64,000 nt of DNA from positions 24,448-88,447 of the forward strand of contig SVRG01000001.1 of the NCBI GenBank assembly GCA_015064965.1. The letters run 5' to 3'. The translations under genes and the position numbers were made by a program. Positions within the stretch are counted from its first letter, which is position 1, and the number at the start of each line of letters is the position of its first letter. Shown piece after piece: positions 1 through 8,498 of this stretch. Source of the stretch: Oscillospiraceae bacterium (GTDB lineage: Bacteria > Bacillota > Clostridia > Oscillospirales > CAG-272). The notes under the pieces were generated by a model. It was not told where the DNA came from. It was given only the letters and a program-made list of their open reading frames with translations, and did no database searches.

Positions 1-682
1 TATCCTCAAGAGTGTCAAGGAGAAGCTGCATCTTCTTGAGGTCATCCTCACTTTCGAGAGTGATGTAGTTCTGAGGGATCATGTCGCTGTCAGCGGACAT
101 AATCTCGTAGCCTGCGCCCTCAAGTGCTTCTTTAACTGCATAGAGGTCGGAGGTTTCAGTGTAAATCTCAAAGCACTCTTCCTCGGCAACAAAGTCCTCA
201 GCGCCTGCTTCAAGTGCGCACTCCATGAGCGCGTCCTCGTCGATTTTATCGTTCTTTTCGATGATGATAACGCCTTTTTCCTCAAAGAGATAGCTAACGC
301 AGCCGTTTTGTCCAAGACCCGCGCCAAACTTGTCAAACGCATGGCGAACTTCGCCCGCGGTACGGTTGCGGTTGTCGGTAGCCGCCTTAACGATTACAGC
401 AACTCCGCTCGGACCGTAGCCCTCGTATGTGATCTCGTCGTATACAACGCTATTATCGCCAGAAAACTTCTTGATTACACGATCAATGTTATCATTTGGA
501 ACATTATTTGCCTTAGCCTTCTGGATAAGGTCGCGAAGTTTTGAATTGGAAACGGGGTCGGGACCGCCTGCGCGGATAGCAATTGCCATTTCCTTGCCGA
601 TCTTAGTGAAGACTTTTGCTCTTTGTGCGTCGGTCTTCTCCTTTTTGTGCATTATATTTTTCCATTTAGAATGTCCTGACAT
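1..682 (-). CDS. yebC: YebC/PmpR-family (TACO1-like) regulator, C-terminal end cut by window edge
   Basis: Absent from the ORF track because it runs off the window. Reverse translation from the ATG at 680-682 gives MSGHSKWKNIMHKKEKTDAQRAKVFTKIGKEMAIAIRAGGPDPVSNSKLRDLIQKAK..., the canonical YebC N-terminus. SD aaggag (690-695) sits 7 nt upstream. Confidence 0.9.
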   Translation of the reverse strand, partial: MSGHSKWKNIMHKKEKTDAQRAKVFTKIGKEMAIAIRAGGPDPVSNSKLRDLIQKAKANNVPNDNIDRVIKKFSGDNSVVYDEITYEGYGPSGVAVIVKAATDNRNRTAGEVRHAFDKFGAGLGQNGCVSYLFEEKGVIIIEKNDKIDEDALMECALEAGAEDFVAEEECFEIYTETSDLYAVKEALEGAGYEIMSADSDMIPQNYITLESEDDLKKMQLLLDTLED

Positions 683-708
683 GGTAATTCTCCTTTTATG
701 TTATTTTG

Positions 709-816
709 TTTTTTGGGCGGGTTTCCCGACCAAAAAACTCCTTAAAGGCTCGGCGGCGGTGAGCCGCACGCGAGTAATCGAGCCTCCCCACTTGAAAATG
801 TTTACATTTTCAAGTG
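709..816. repeat. Unclassified multi-hairpin intergenic element, copy A (argS-yebC spacer)
   Basis: Shares an ~83-nt core plus a positionally conserved flanking hairpin with 28192-28303. Three helices differ by paired (compensatory) substitutions. It starts 4 nt after the argS stop codon on the minus strand. Confidence 0.6.
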
Positions 817-820
817 ATAT

Positions 821-2515
821 TTATATCTTTTCAGGTGTGCCTACACAGATGAGTGAAAGTGCGTTGCCGAGAATGTTCTTTGTTGCATTGACAAGACAAA
901 TTCTCGTTGCCTTTACTTCTTCGTCCTCACAGTTCAAAATCTGGCACTCATGATAGAAGCGGTTGAATGCCGCGCAAAGATCGAGAACATAACGTGTTAC
1001 GGTGGAAGGCTCATAGTCGGCAATTGCACTCTTCACCTTTTCAGGGAAGCGGAGCAATTCCTTGACAAGTTCGCCCTCCTCGGCGGTGGTAATCTTTGCA
1101 GATGCCGCCTTGGGTGCGCCTGCACGGTTCATGATGCTGCATGTGCGTGCGTAGGTATACTGCGCATAAGGGCCTGTGTTGCCGTCAAACGAGAGCGCGT
1201 CCTCCATGATAAAGTTGATGTCCTTAATGCGTCCGCCGGAAAGATAGTGGAACACTATGGCACCAACGCCCACGGCCTGCGCAACATCTTCTTTATTTTC
1301 AAGATTAGGGTTCTTTTCCTCAATTATGCCAAGCGACTTTTCGATAGCGGTTGCAAACAAATCCTTGAGCAATACAACATTACCGGTTCTTGTCGCAAGC
1401 TTGGCGCCGTCGATGGACACTGTGCCGTAGGGCACATGAACGAGGTCTTTGGCAAAGTCATATCCCATGAGTTCCATTACCTTAAACCACTGTGCAAAGT
1501 GGAGGGACTGACCTGCGCTTGTAACATAGATGCACTTATCAAAATTGTAGGTGTTCTTTCTGTAAACAGCTGCCGCGATGTCGCGCGTGGGGTAAAGGGT
1601 GGAGCCGTCACGCTTTAAAATAAGGCAGGGCGGCATGCCGTACTCCTCAAGGTCAACAATGGATGCGCCATCATCAATTTTGAGCAGTCCTGCTGCGCGT
1701 ATTTTTTCAACCTCGGGCATCATTTTGTCGGTGTAAAAAGCCTCGCCGTTGTAGCTGTCAAAGGTAATGCCGAGCTGCTTATATGTCTTTTGATACTCGC
1801 GGAGCGAGATCTCAATAAACCACTTCCAGAGTGCGAGGTTTTCCTCATCGCCGTCCTCAAGCTTTTTAAACTCGGCGCGCGCCTTGTCATTAAGGCTATC
1901 ATCCTTCTCTGCCTCAGCGTGGAACTTTACATAAAGTGCAACAAGCTCGTCGATCTCATCGCGCTCAATCTTTTCACGGTCGCCCCAAAGACGAAAAGCG
2001 GTGATAAGCTTGCCAAACTGGGTACCCCAGTCGCCAAGGTGATTGATGCCGATGCAGTGATAGCCGACAAACTCATGAAGTTTTTTAAGCGAGTGACCAA
2101 TAACGGTGGTACCAAGGTGGCCGATGTGAAAAGGCTTTGCAACATTTGGCGACGAATAGTCAAGCACAACGGTCTTGCCCTCTCCCTCATTCGAGGAGCC
2201 ATAGGGCTTGTCTGCAAAAACAGCCTTTTCTATAACATATTTTGCAAGATAGTCTTTTGAAAGAAACAGATTAAGATATCCGCCGGCAACATCCACTTTT
2301 TCAACCGCTTCGCACGAAAATGCAGCGGCAAGTTCCTGTGCAATGGCAGGGGGTGCCTTGCGAAGCACACGGCTGAGCTTGAAGCAGGGGAACGCAATGT
2401 CGCCCATTTCGGGATTTGGAGGATATTCAAGCGCGGCAGCGATATCGCAAGCCTCAACTGCGCCGTTTGACGCCGCAGAAAGCGCCGCGGCAATCTGTTT
2501 TTTAATCTCTAACAT
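821..2515 (-). CDS. argS: Arginine--tRNA ligase
   Basis: 564-aa ORF with class I aaRS HIGH-type motif (PFHIGHLGTT) and typical ArgS layout and length. SD gagga upstream of the ATG. Confidence 0.95.
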   Translation of the reverse strand: MLEIKKQIAAALSAASNGAVEACDIAAALEYPPNPEMGDIAFPCFKLSRVLRKAPPAIAQELAAAFSCEAVEKVDVAGGYLNLFLSKDYLAKYVIEKAVFADKPYGSSNEGEGKTVVLDYSSPNVAKPFHIGHLGTTVIGHSLKKLHEFVGYHCIGINHLGDWGTQFGKLITAFRLWGDREKIERDEIDELVALYVKFHAEAEKDDSLNDKARAEFKKLEDGDEENLALWKWFIEISLREYQKTYKQLGITFDSYNGEAFYTDKMMPEVEKIRAAGLLKIDDGASIVDLEEYGMPPCLILKRDGSTLYPTRDIAAAVYRKNTYNFDKCIYVTSAGQSLHFAQWFKVMELMGYDFAKDLVHVPYGTVSIDGAKLATRTGNVVLLKDLFATAIEKSLGIIEEKNPNLENKEDVAQAVGVGAIVFHYLSGGRIKDINFIMEDALSFDGNTGPYAQYTYARTCSIMNRAGAPKAASAKITTAEEGELVKELLRFPEKVKSAIADYEPSTVTRYVLDLCAAFNRFYHECQILNCEDEEVKATRICLVNATKNILGNALSLICVGTPEKI

Positions 2516-2628
2516 TTCATTTTCCTCACATTAAAATAATTAACCATAATATTATACATCATAATGTAAAGTTTTTCAAGAGGTAAGATGAATTATGGTT
2601 CATAAGCACTCTGTGTGCTACCACATGT

Positions 2629-2733
2629 GTCATTCTGAGCGAATGCGAAGAATCTGAAAACCTTGCATATGCAAGGTTTTTCTTAGGGAGACGCGCCTTC
2701 GGCGCGCAGATCCTTCACTGCGTTCAGGATGAC
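2629..2733 (+). repeat. TIR-bounded hairpin-rich intergenic repeat (MITE/REP-like), copy 1
   Basis: GTCATTCTGAGCGAATGCGAAGAATC ... two internal hairpins ... GATCCTTCACTGCGTTCAGGATGAC. The arms are imperfect inverted repeats. The same architecture occurs at 50145, 51212, 57644 and 61219. Confidence 0.85.
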
Positions 2734-2764
2734 AATCAGAAAGAAAATATCAAGCCACTAACAA

Positions 2765-2792
2765 AAAATCTCCGCCGAAGCGGAGATTTTTT
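2765..2792 (-). terminator. Rho-independent terminator downstream of the GH43 gene (A/T flanked, could act in both directions)
   Basis: aaaatctccgc-cgaa-gcggagatttt hairpin flanked by A-run and T-run, 7 nt from the stop at 2799. Confidence 0.75.
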
Positions 2793-2798
2793 ATTATC

Positions 2799-4751
2799 TT
2801 ATTTCTTTTTAAACTTGGGTGCGGGAACGGGGGTGTCGGTAGGACCGTAAACGCGGAGTACATCGGGGCCGCCGTCCTCGGAGGGAACAAAATAGAAGCG
2901 GTCAATGCAGATATCGCGGTCAAAGCCCTTGTTGTTTGCACGGTCGGAGTGCTTGTGGTAAACAACGTAGTTTTCTTCAAGGTCGGGGCAAACTACAAAC
3001 ATGCAGTCGCCTGCGCCCTCAACATAGCGGTTAGAGGCAAGCACCTCGTTGTACTTGTACTTCTTGTATGGGCCGTAAATATCCTTACTTACCGCATACG
3101 ATTCACCATAGTGACCGCGGAAGTGACCGGATGCATACATCATGTAGTAATAACCGTTATGCTTTGTGATAACGCCGCCCTCAGAAATGGGTGCCCACTC
3201 GTCAATTTCATAATGCTCGGTGGGGCTGATGCAGTGAACCGCGTCGCGCTTCTTGGAAAGCACGCCGTCTTTTGCATCAAGTTCCTGGATATATATATGG
3301 TTGCCGCCGCCAAAACGAACGGTGGTGATGTAAACTCTGCCGTCATCGTCAACGAAAGGTGCGCCGCCGATTTCAGGCTCGGTGTTTACGTAGGGCTTTT
3401 CCTTGTTCATAACGAAGGGACCGAGAGGTGAGCGTGCGCTTGCATAGAATACGCGGAACTCTGTAGGTCCGTAGCCGCCTGCGAACTGCGAAGCAATAAG
3501 CAGATAGAACCAGCCGTCCTTGTAGAACACATTGGGGCTCATAAAATAGTGAATGGGGCTATCCTCGGTAATTGAGAAAGCGAAACCTGCCTCTTCCCAA
3601 TCATAGAGGTTCTTGGAGGTGCGAACTCTTACAGAGCACTTTGAACCAAAGGGATGATGAAGTGTATAGAGGTAAAATGTACCGTCATGATAGAGGATTT
3701 CGGGGTCTGCACCATAGGTTACAGGGTTTACATAGGTTTCGCCCTCGTAAAGAGAAGCCTTGTCAATATCAAAAGTGATGGGCGCAGTTGTACCAATGTT
3801 GTAGGTGCCGGGCTTTTTAACCTGAACTTCCATAATTGGCCAGGTGTGGTCGCCAAAGTAGAAAGAGAGTACATTGCCGCCGTTTACTGCAGTGAAATCA
3901 TATGTATTGCCTGCGGTGAGCTGCATTGCGTGCTGTGTAAGGAACATGAGCTTGCCGTGGAGATACTTGTATGCAACAAGGCGCTCAACTGCCGCATCAT
4001 AGCCAAATGCAAAGCCCTGACCGTTCTTTTCAAAAACTACAAGTTCTTCTGCATTTGTAGGAGTAAGGCGAGCAGTAAGCTTTTCGCAAAGACCGAGAGT
4101 TGCATCAGTATAGGTAGTGGGCTCTTTCTTTTCGTAAATCTTGAGGTTGGTAAAGCCGCCCTTGCCGCCGTCGTTGTTGATGCGGATAGCGATTGTACCG
4201 GTTTCAAACGGAGAGCGGTCAAATGCGCTGTCGCCCTTGCGGTACTCTGCTCTGTAAAGCTCTTCTTTGGTTTCGCAGTCGGAAATTGTGTAAACGATGT
4301 AGTCACCTGTTACACGGATATAAAAATGAAGGTCCTGACCGATGGTGAATCTGTCGCCGTTTTTGCTTGCAGTAAAATTACCGCTCCACTTACCGGGATG
4401 TGTTGTACAACCGAGTGCGCCGCCGAGACCGTCAACGCTTACAAATGCGTAGTAGCCGTTGGCTTTGTCATCTTCGGGAGTGCTTTTCTTCATTCCGCCG
4501 GCAACGCCGCCAAAGAAAATTCCGCCGCCGCCCTGATGATTGATAAAGTCTGCCTCAAGCACAAAATTGGGCTTGTTTGCAAACTCAAGAAGCGCTGTGG
4601 AGTGTCCACCGGTCTTGGTGGTGCGGAGCGCACCGTCACGAACTTCCATGTCACCGAAAATAACGGTAAAATCCTTCATGGAGTTATCGCTGAAATTGTT
4701 TTCGTAAGCGAGAAGCATATCTTTTGCCTCTCCGAATGTATAATTTGCCAT
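2799..4751 (-). CDS. Glycoside hydrolase family 43 (beta-xylosidase/arabinofuranosidase-like) with N-terminal DUF1080/LamG-like module
   Basis: The C-terminal half has five-bladed-propeller GH43-type blocks (YHDGTFYLY, FYKDGWFYLLIA, FVDDDGRVYIT, HNGYYYMMYASG). Start moved to MANYTF (ATG 4749-4751) because of SD ggagg 7 nt upstream. No signal peptide. Confidence 0.8.
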   Translation of the reverse strand: MANYTFGEAKDMLLAYENNFSDNSMKDFTVIFGDMEVRDGALRTTKTGGHSTALLEFANKPNFVLEADFINHQGGGGIFFGGVAGGMKKSTPEDDKANGYYAFVSVDGLGGALGCTTHPGKWSGNFTASKNGDRFTIGQDLHFYIRVTGDYIVYTISDCETKEELYRAEYRKGDSAFDRSPFETGTIAIRINNDGGKGGFTNLKIYEKKEPTTYTDATLGLCEKLTARLTPTNAEELVVFEKNGQGFAFGYDAAVERLVAYKYLHGKLMFLTQHAMQLTAGNTYDFTAVNGGNVLSFYFGDHTWPIMEVQVKKPGTYNIGTTAPITFDIDKASLYEGETYVNPVTYGADPEILYHDGTFYLYTLHHPFGSKCSVRVRTSKNLYDWEEAGFAFSITEDSPIHYFMSPNVFYKDGWFYLLIASQFAGGYGPTEFRVFYASARSPLGPFVMNKEKPYVNTEPEIGGAPFVDDDGRVYITTVRFGGGNHIYIQELDAKDGVLSKKRDAVHCISPTEHYEIDEWAPISEGGVITKHNGYYYMMYASGHFRGHYGESYAVSKDIYGPYKKYKYNEVLASNRYVEGAGDCMFVVCPDLEENYVVYHKHSDRANNKGFDRDICIDRFYFVPSEDGGPDVLRVYGPTDTPVPAPKFKKK

Positions 4752-4782
4752 AGTTATACCTCCGTTAATACTTGGTAATAAA

Positions 4783-4812
4783 ATTGTAACATGCATACAA
4801 AGCAACCGTCAA
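4783..4812 (-). promoter_or_regulatory. Candidate sigma-A promoter for the GH43 gene
   Basis: Minus strand TTGACG-18 nt-TACAAT with a TGT immediately upstream of the -10 (extended -10 like). Confidence 0.45.
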
Positions 4813-4852
4813 TGCAAAATATACACTTAAATTTATACATTTTCCGAAAAAT

Positions 4853-4885
4853 AAACAAAAACCGCTCTTTCGAGCGGTTTTGTTT
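4853..4885 (-). terminator. Rho-independent terminator; identical 33-mer repeated at 5633-5665
   Basis: aaaaaccgctc-tttc-gagcggttttt hairpin with a T-run on the minus strand, abutting the stop at 4888. Confidence 0.8.
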
Positions 4886-4887
4886 GT

Positions 4888-5547
4888 TTAAACGATGGGG
4901 TTTTCAGCGTCAGAAGCGTTTGCTGAGTCAACATAGAAGTATGCGGCGTAAAGTCCCTGGAAAATGGAGCTGAAGAGCGCAATTGCAATGATGAAAAGAA
5001 GTGTAACAAGTGCAAAGAGAATTCCGATGAAAGGAATTGCGCTGAGCAAGCCAAGAATGAAAGAAATTACAAAAATACCGCCGAAGAAGCAGATATCAGC
5101 AAGGAACATCTGCATTTTCTTGCCCTTTGTCATTTCCATGGAAAGGCGGAGCGCCTGAGTTGCGGTAACTTCGGGCTTTGTCATGAGTATGTAGGGCACA
5201 AAGCGATATGAATAAGCCTTTACAATACCTACGATCGGAACAACGGACCAGATGATAGTCCAGAGAGTCTGCCAAGCCATGCCGCCGACAATGCGAACAC
5301 AGTTCTTGTTAAATGCTGAGAAAAGCTGGTCGGAATTAACCTCTTTACCGTTCAGGCCGTCAATATAAATTCTCGCCATGCCGCAGGTAATGAGAATGGA
5401 AAATGCTGCGCCGAGAACCATAACAGGTGCAGTAAAAATAGTTGCAAGCATTGTAATAATGCCGCTGAGGAGCGAAAGACCCCAAAGCATAATCGGTTTT
5501 TTGGAAATTACTGCCAGCGCTTTTTTGTATGCTTCAAGAAACATCAT
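4888..5547 (-). CDS. Integral membrane protein of unknown function (possibly DUF975-like)
   Basis: 219-aa ORF with several long hydrophobic segments and SD aaggagg upstream. The family assignment is from memory of the general pattern only. Confidence 0.55.
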   Translation of the reverse strand: MMFLEAYKKALAVISKKPIMLWGLSLLSGIITMLATIFTAPVMVLGAAFSILITCGMARIYIDGLNGKEVNSDQLFSAFNKNCVRIVGGMAWQTLWTIIWSVVPIVGIVKAYSYRFVPYILMTKPEVTATQALRLSMEMTKGKKMQMFLADICFFGGIFVISFILGLLSAIPFIGILFALVTLLFIIAIALFSSIFQGLYAAYFYVDSANASDAENPIV

Positions 5548-5632
5548 TTTAAAAAGCCTCCTTAAAAAATAGTAGATATAACATCTCTGATAATAATATA
5601 CAATATTTTGAATATAATGTCAACGCTCCACA

Positions 5633-5665
5633 AAACAAAAACCGCTCTTTCGAGCGGTTTTGTTT
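5633..5665 (-). terminator. Rho-independent terminator of the P-type ATPase gene; identical to 4853-4885
   Basis: Same 33-nt hairpin sequence, directly abutting the stop codon at 5666. Confidence 0.8.
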
Positions 5666-8311
5666 TTACTTATTCTTTGCAAGTCTTCTCTGGACAAACT
5701 TAACAATTTCTACTATCGGGATAGTGAGCGCAGAAAGTCCGAGCGCAATGAGATACTCGGTAAGGTCAATCTGCGTAAAGCCGAATGCATTTGCAAGGAA
5801 AGGAACCTCGCACACGAGAGTGGTTGCAACAAGGCTGCCGAGTGCTGCAATGCCAAGCACCTTATTAAAGCTGCCGAGTGTGAAAATGGAGCCGCGCTGC
5901 GAACGCATATTGAAACTGTGGAATATCTCTGCCATGGACATTGTGAGGAATGCCATTGTCATGCCGTGGTCGGCAGGGTTTATTGCGCCATGGTCTGCGC
6001 CGATAAAGGCGCCGATAAAATAGGAGATGAGTGTGAGGGCTGAAACCATGATGCCCTGATATGCTACATCAAATCCCATGCCGCCTGCAAATACGCCCTC
6101 GTTAGCCTTCCTGGGCTTGCGCTTCATTATGCCGGGCTCTGCCTTTTCCATGCCAAGTGCAAGCGCGGGGAAACAGTCGGTTACAAGGTTGATCCAAAGG
6201 AGGTGTACGGGCTTGAGAATTGTAAAGCCCATGAGTGTTGCCGCAAAAATCGAGATAACCTCGCTCATGTTGGAGCCGAGGAGGAACTGAATGGATTTAC
6301 GGATATTATCGTAAATACGTCTGCCCTCTTCAACCGCACCGACAATTGTTGCAAAGTTGTCGTCGGCAAGTACCATGTCGGCAACGTTTTTTGTAACGTC
6401 GGTACCGGTAATACCCATGCCGACACCGATATCCGCGGACTTGATGGAGGGTGCATCGTTTACACCGTCACCTGTCATCGCGGTTACATAGCCTGCGCCG
6501 CGCCAAGCGTTGACAATTCTTGTCTTATGTTCGGGCTGGACACGCGCATAAACGCCGATATCCATGAACACTTTTTCAAATTCTTCGTCGCTCATTTCAG
6601 AAAGCTCGCTTCCTGTAATGGCACGTCTGCCCTCGGTGAGAATACCAAGTTCCTTGGCAATTGCAACCGCGGTGTCGATGTGGTCACCGGTAATCATAAT
6701 TGCGCGGATACCTGCGCTCTTGCACTCTGCAATAGCATCCTTAACCTCGGGACGAACTGGGTCTATCATACCTGTAAGACCTACAAAGCAAAGCTCTTTT
6801 TCAAGGTCGGAGGGTTCGAGAGAGTCGGGCTTTGCATCATAAACGCGCATGGATGCGGCAAGCACACGGAGCGCGCGGTCTGCCATTTCCTTGTTTGCCG
6901 CCATGATCTCTTTCATCTTTTCATCGGTCATCGGCATAACGGTGCCGTTTTCGATGTATACAGTGCAACGGCGGAGAATTTCATCGGGTGCGCCCTTTGT
7001 ATACTGCACAAACTTTCCGTCCTCGCTGTGAATGGTGGACATCATCTTTCTGCCGCTGTCAAAGGGAGCCTCGCCAACTCTGGGAGAAGCTGTTTTGAGA
7101 TCGTTTTTCTTAAGGTCAAGTGCCTTTGCATATGCAACAAGCGCAGCCTCGGTGGGCTCGCCGGTGATGTTGCCGTCCTCGTCAAGCTCGGCATCGGAGC
7201 AAAGCGCCATTGCCTTTGCAAGAAGCTTTTCATCGTTGCCAAAATGGTCAACAACGGTCATCTTATTCTGTGTAAGTGTACCTGTCTTATCGGAACAGAT
7301 GATCTGCGCGCAGCCAAGCGTTTCGACCGCGGTGAGGCGGCGGATAATAGCACGGCGCTTTGACATGTTGGTAACACCGATGGAAAGCACAACGGTAACA
7401 ACCATTGCAAGTCCCTCAGGAATTGCAGCAACGGCAAGCGAAACTGCCACCATAAAGGATTCGAGAACCTTTTTGAAGATCTCCATTTCGGAGGGACGGA
7501 TAAGCTGAACTGCGAAAATAACAACGCTTATACCAAGTACAAGGTATGTCAGAATTTTTGAAAGCTGTGCAAGCTTTATCTGGAGAGGCGTCTGTCCCTC
7601 TGCCGCGTTTGCAAGCGCATCGGCGATCTTACCCATCTCGGTATCCATACCCGTAGCGGTTACAACAAACGCACCGCGGCCGTAAACCACAGTGGATCCC
7701 ATGTAAACCATGTTTTTGCGGTCGCCAAGGGGAACATCCTTATCCTCGTTTGCAAGGTTGATAACCTCAAGCATCTTGTTTACGGGAACGCTCTCGCCTG
7801 TCAGTGCCGCTTCTTCAATCTTAAGGCTGGCATTTTCGATAATACGTCCGTCAGCAGGAACTGCATCGCCCGCTTCAAGAAACACAACGTCGCCGACAAC
7901 AAGATCTTCGCTCTTGACTATCACAAGTTTTCCGTCGCGGAGAACCTTGGACGTAGCCGCGCTCATTTCTTGCAGCGCTTCTATTGCCTTTTCCGCCTTG
8001 GATTCCTGATAAACACCGAGAACCGCGTTCATGATTACAACAAAGAGGATGATGAATACATCGACAAAGCCTTCGCCGCTCTCAATTACTGCTGTAACAG
8101 CGCTGATTCCTGCCGCAACAAGCAGAATAATGATCATCGGGTCTGCAAGCTGCTTTAAAAACCGCTTGATAAGCGATTCTTTTTTAGCCTCTTTGAGCTT
8201 GTTCTTGCCGTTTTTCTCAAGGCGCTTTTGAGCTTCTTCGCCCGAAAGACCGCTTTCGGAAGAATCGACTGCACTCAGTACCTCTTCCGAAGTTTCAGTG
8301 TAGAACTTCAT
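5666..8311 (-). CDS. Cation-translocating P-type ATPase (P2 Ca2+/Mn2+ type)
   Basis: 881 aa with CSDKTGTLTQN phosphorylation motif, TGES, MITGDH and TGDGVNDAPS hinge, and about 10 TM segments. Preceded by a Mn2+-type riboswitch. Confidence 0.93.
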   Translation of the reverse strand: MKFYTETSEEVLSAVDSSESGLSGEEAQKRLEKNGKNKLKEAKKESLIKRFLKQLADPMIIILLVAAGISAVTAVIESGEGFVDVFIILFVVIMNAVLGVYQESKAEKAIEALQEMSAATSKVLRDGKLVIVKSEDLVVGDVVFLEAGDAVPADGRIIENASLKIEEAALTGESVPVNKMLEVINLANEDKDVPLGDRKNMVYMGSTVVYGRGAFVVTATGMDTEMGKIADALANAAEGQTPLQIKLAQLSKILTYLVLGISVVIFAVQLIRPSEMEIFKKVLESFMVAVSLAVAAIPEGLAMVVTVVLSIGVTNMSKRRAIIRRLTAVETLGCAQIICSDKTGTLTQNKMTVVDHFGNDEKLLAKAMALCSDAELDEDGNITGEPTEAALVAYAKALDLKKNDLKTASPRVGEAPFDSGRKMMSTIHSEDGKFVQYTKGAPDEILRRCTVYIENGTVMPMTDEKMKEIMAANKEMADRALRVLAASMRVYDAKPDSLEPSDLEKELCFVGLTGMIDPVRPEVKDAIAECKSAGIRAIMITGDHIDTAVAIAKELGILTEGRRAITGSELSEMSDEEFEKVFMDIGVYARVQPEHKTRIVNAWRGAGYVTAMTGDGVNDAPSIKSADIGVGMGITGTDVTKNVADMVLADDNFATIVGAVEEGRRIYDNIRKSIQFLLGSNMSEVISIFAATLMGFTILKPVHLLWINLVTDCFPALALGMEKAEPGIMKRKPRKANEGVFAGGMGFDVAYQGIMVSALTLISYFIGAFIGADHGAINPADHGMTMAFLTMSMAEIFHSFNMRSQRGSIFTLGSFNKVLGIAALGSLVATTLVCEVPFLANAFGFTQIDLTEYLIALGLSALTIPIVEIVKFVQRRLAKNK

Positions 8312-8352
8312 GTGATTTCCTCCCTTTATATATATTTTATTTTGGGTAACTA

Positions 8353-8479
8353 ATCAAAAAGACTCATGGATAGGGTATCCCTATCCATGAGTCTTGTCAT
8401 TTAACTCAAGCCAGATACAAAAACTGTACCGATTGTTGAACTTGAACCGACTTTTTAAGCCGTGACTACTCCCTCACGA
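8353..8479 (-). promoter_or_regulatory. yybP-ykoY (Mn2+) riboswitch with intrinsic terminator expression platform
   Basis: Minus strand: UCGUGAG-GGAGUAG-UCACGG...AAAGUCGG...CUGGCUUGAG...AUGACAAGA-CUCAUGG. This matches the conserved GGGAGUAG, AAAGUCG, GGCUU and CAAGAC blocks of the class as I recall them from the L. lactis structure. The P1 3' strand CUCAUGG is also the 5' arm of the terminator GACUCAUGGAUAGGG/CCCUAUCCAUGAGUC + UUUUU (8353-8393). Confidence 0.7.
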
Positions 8480-8498
8480 AAATATTATTTACATTTTT

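Noticed and set aside
2516-2628. Possible T-box leader upstream of argS (also checked the 41-bp region upstream of asnS at 60500-60540)
   Set aside because: I found no T-box sequence (AAnnnGGGTGGTACCGCG-like) or specifier/antiterminator architecture by eye. The asnS spacer is far too short.
6203-7363. 386-aa plus-strand ORF antisense to the P-type ATPase; also 3654-4778 (antisense to GH43), 19223-20161, 22267-23016, 44426-45322, 46250-47377, 49079-49780, 57660-58517 and 59678-60415
   Set aside because: All are embedded in and antisense to well-supported genes. None has a start context or a recognisable domain. I treated them as frame artefacts.
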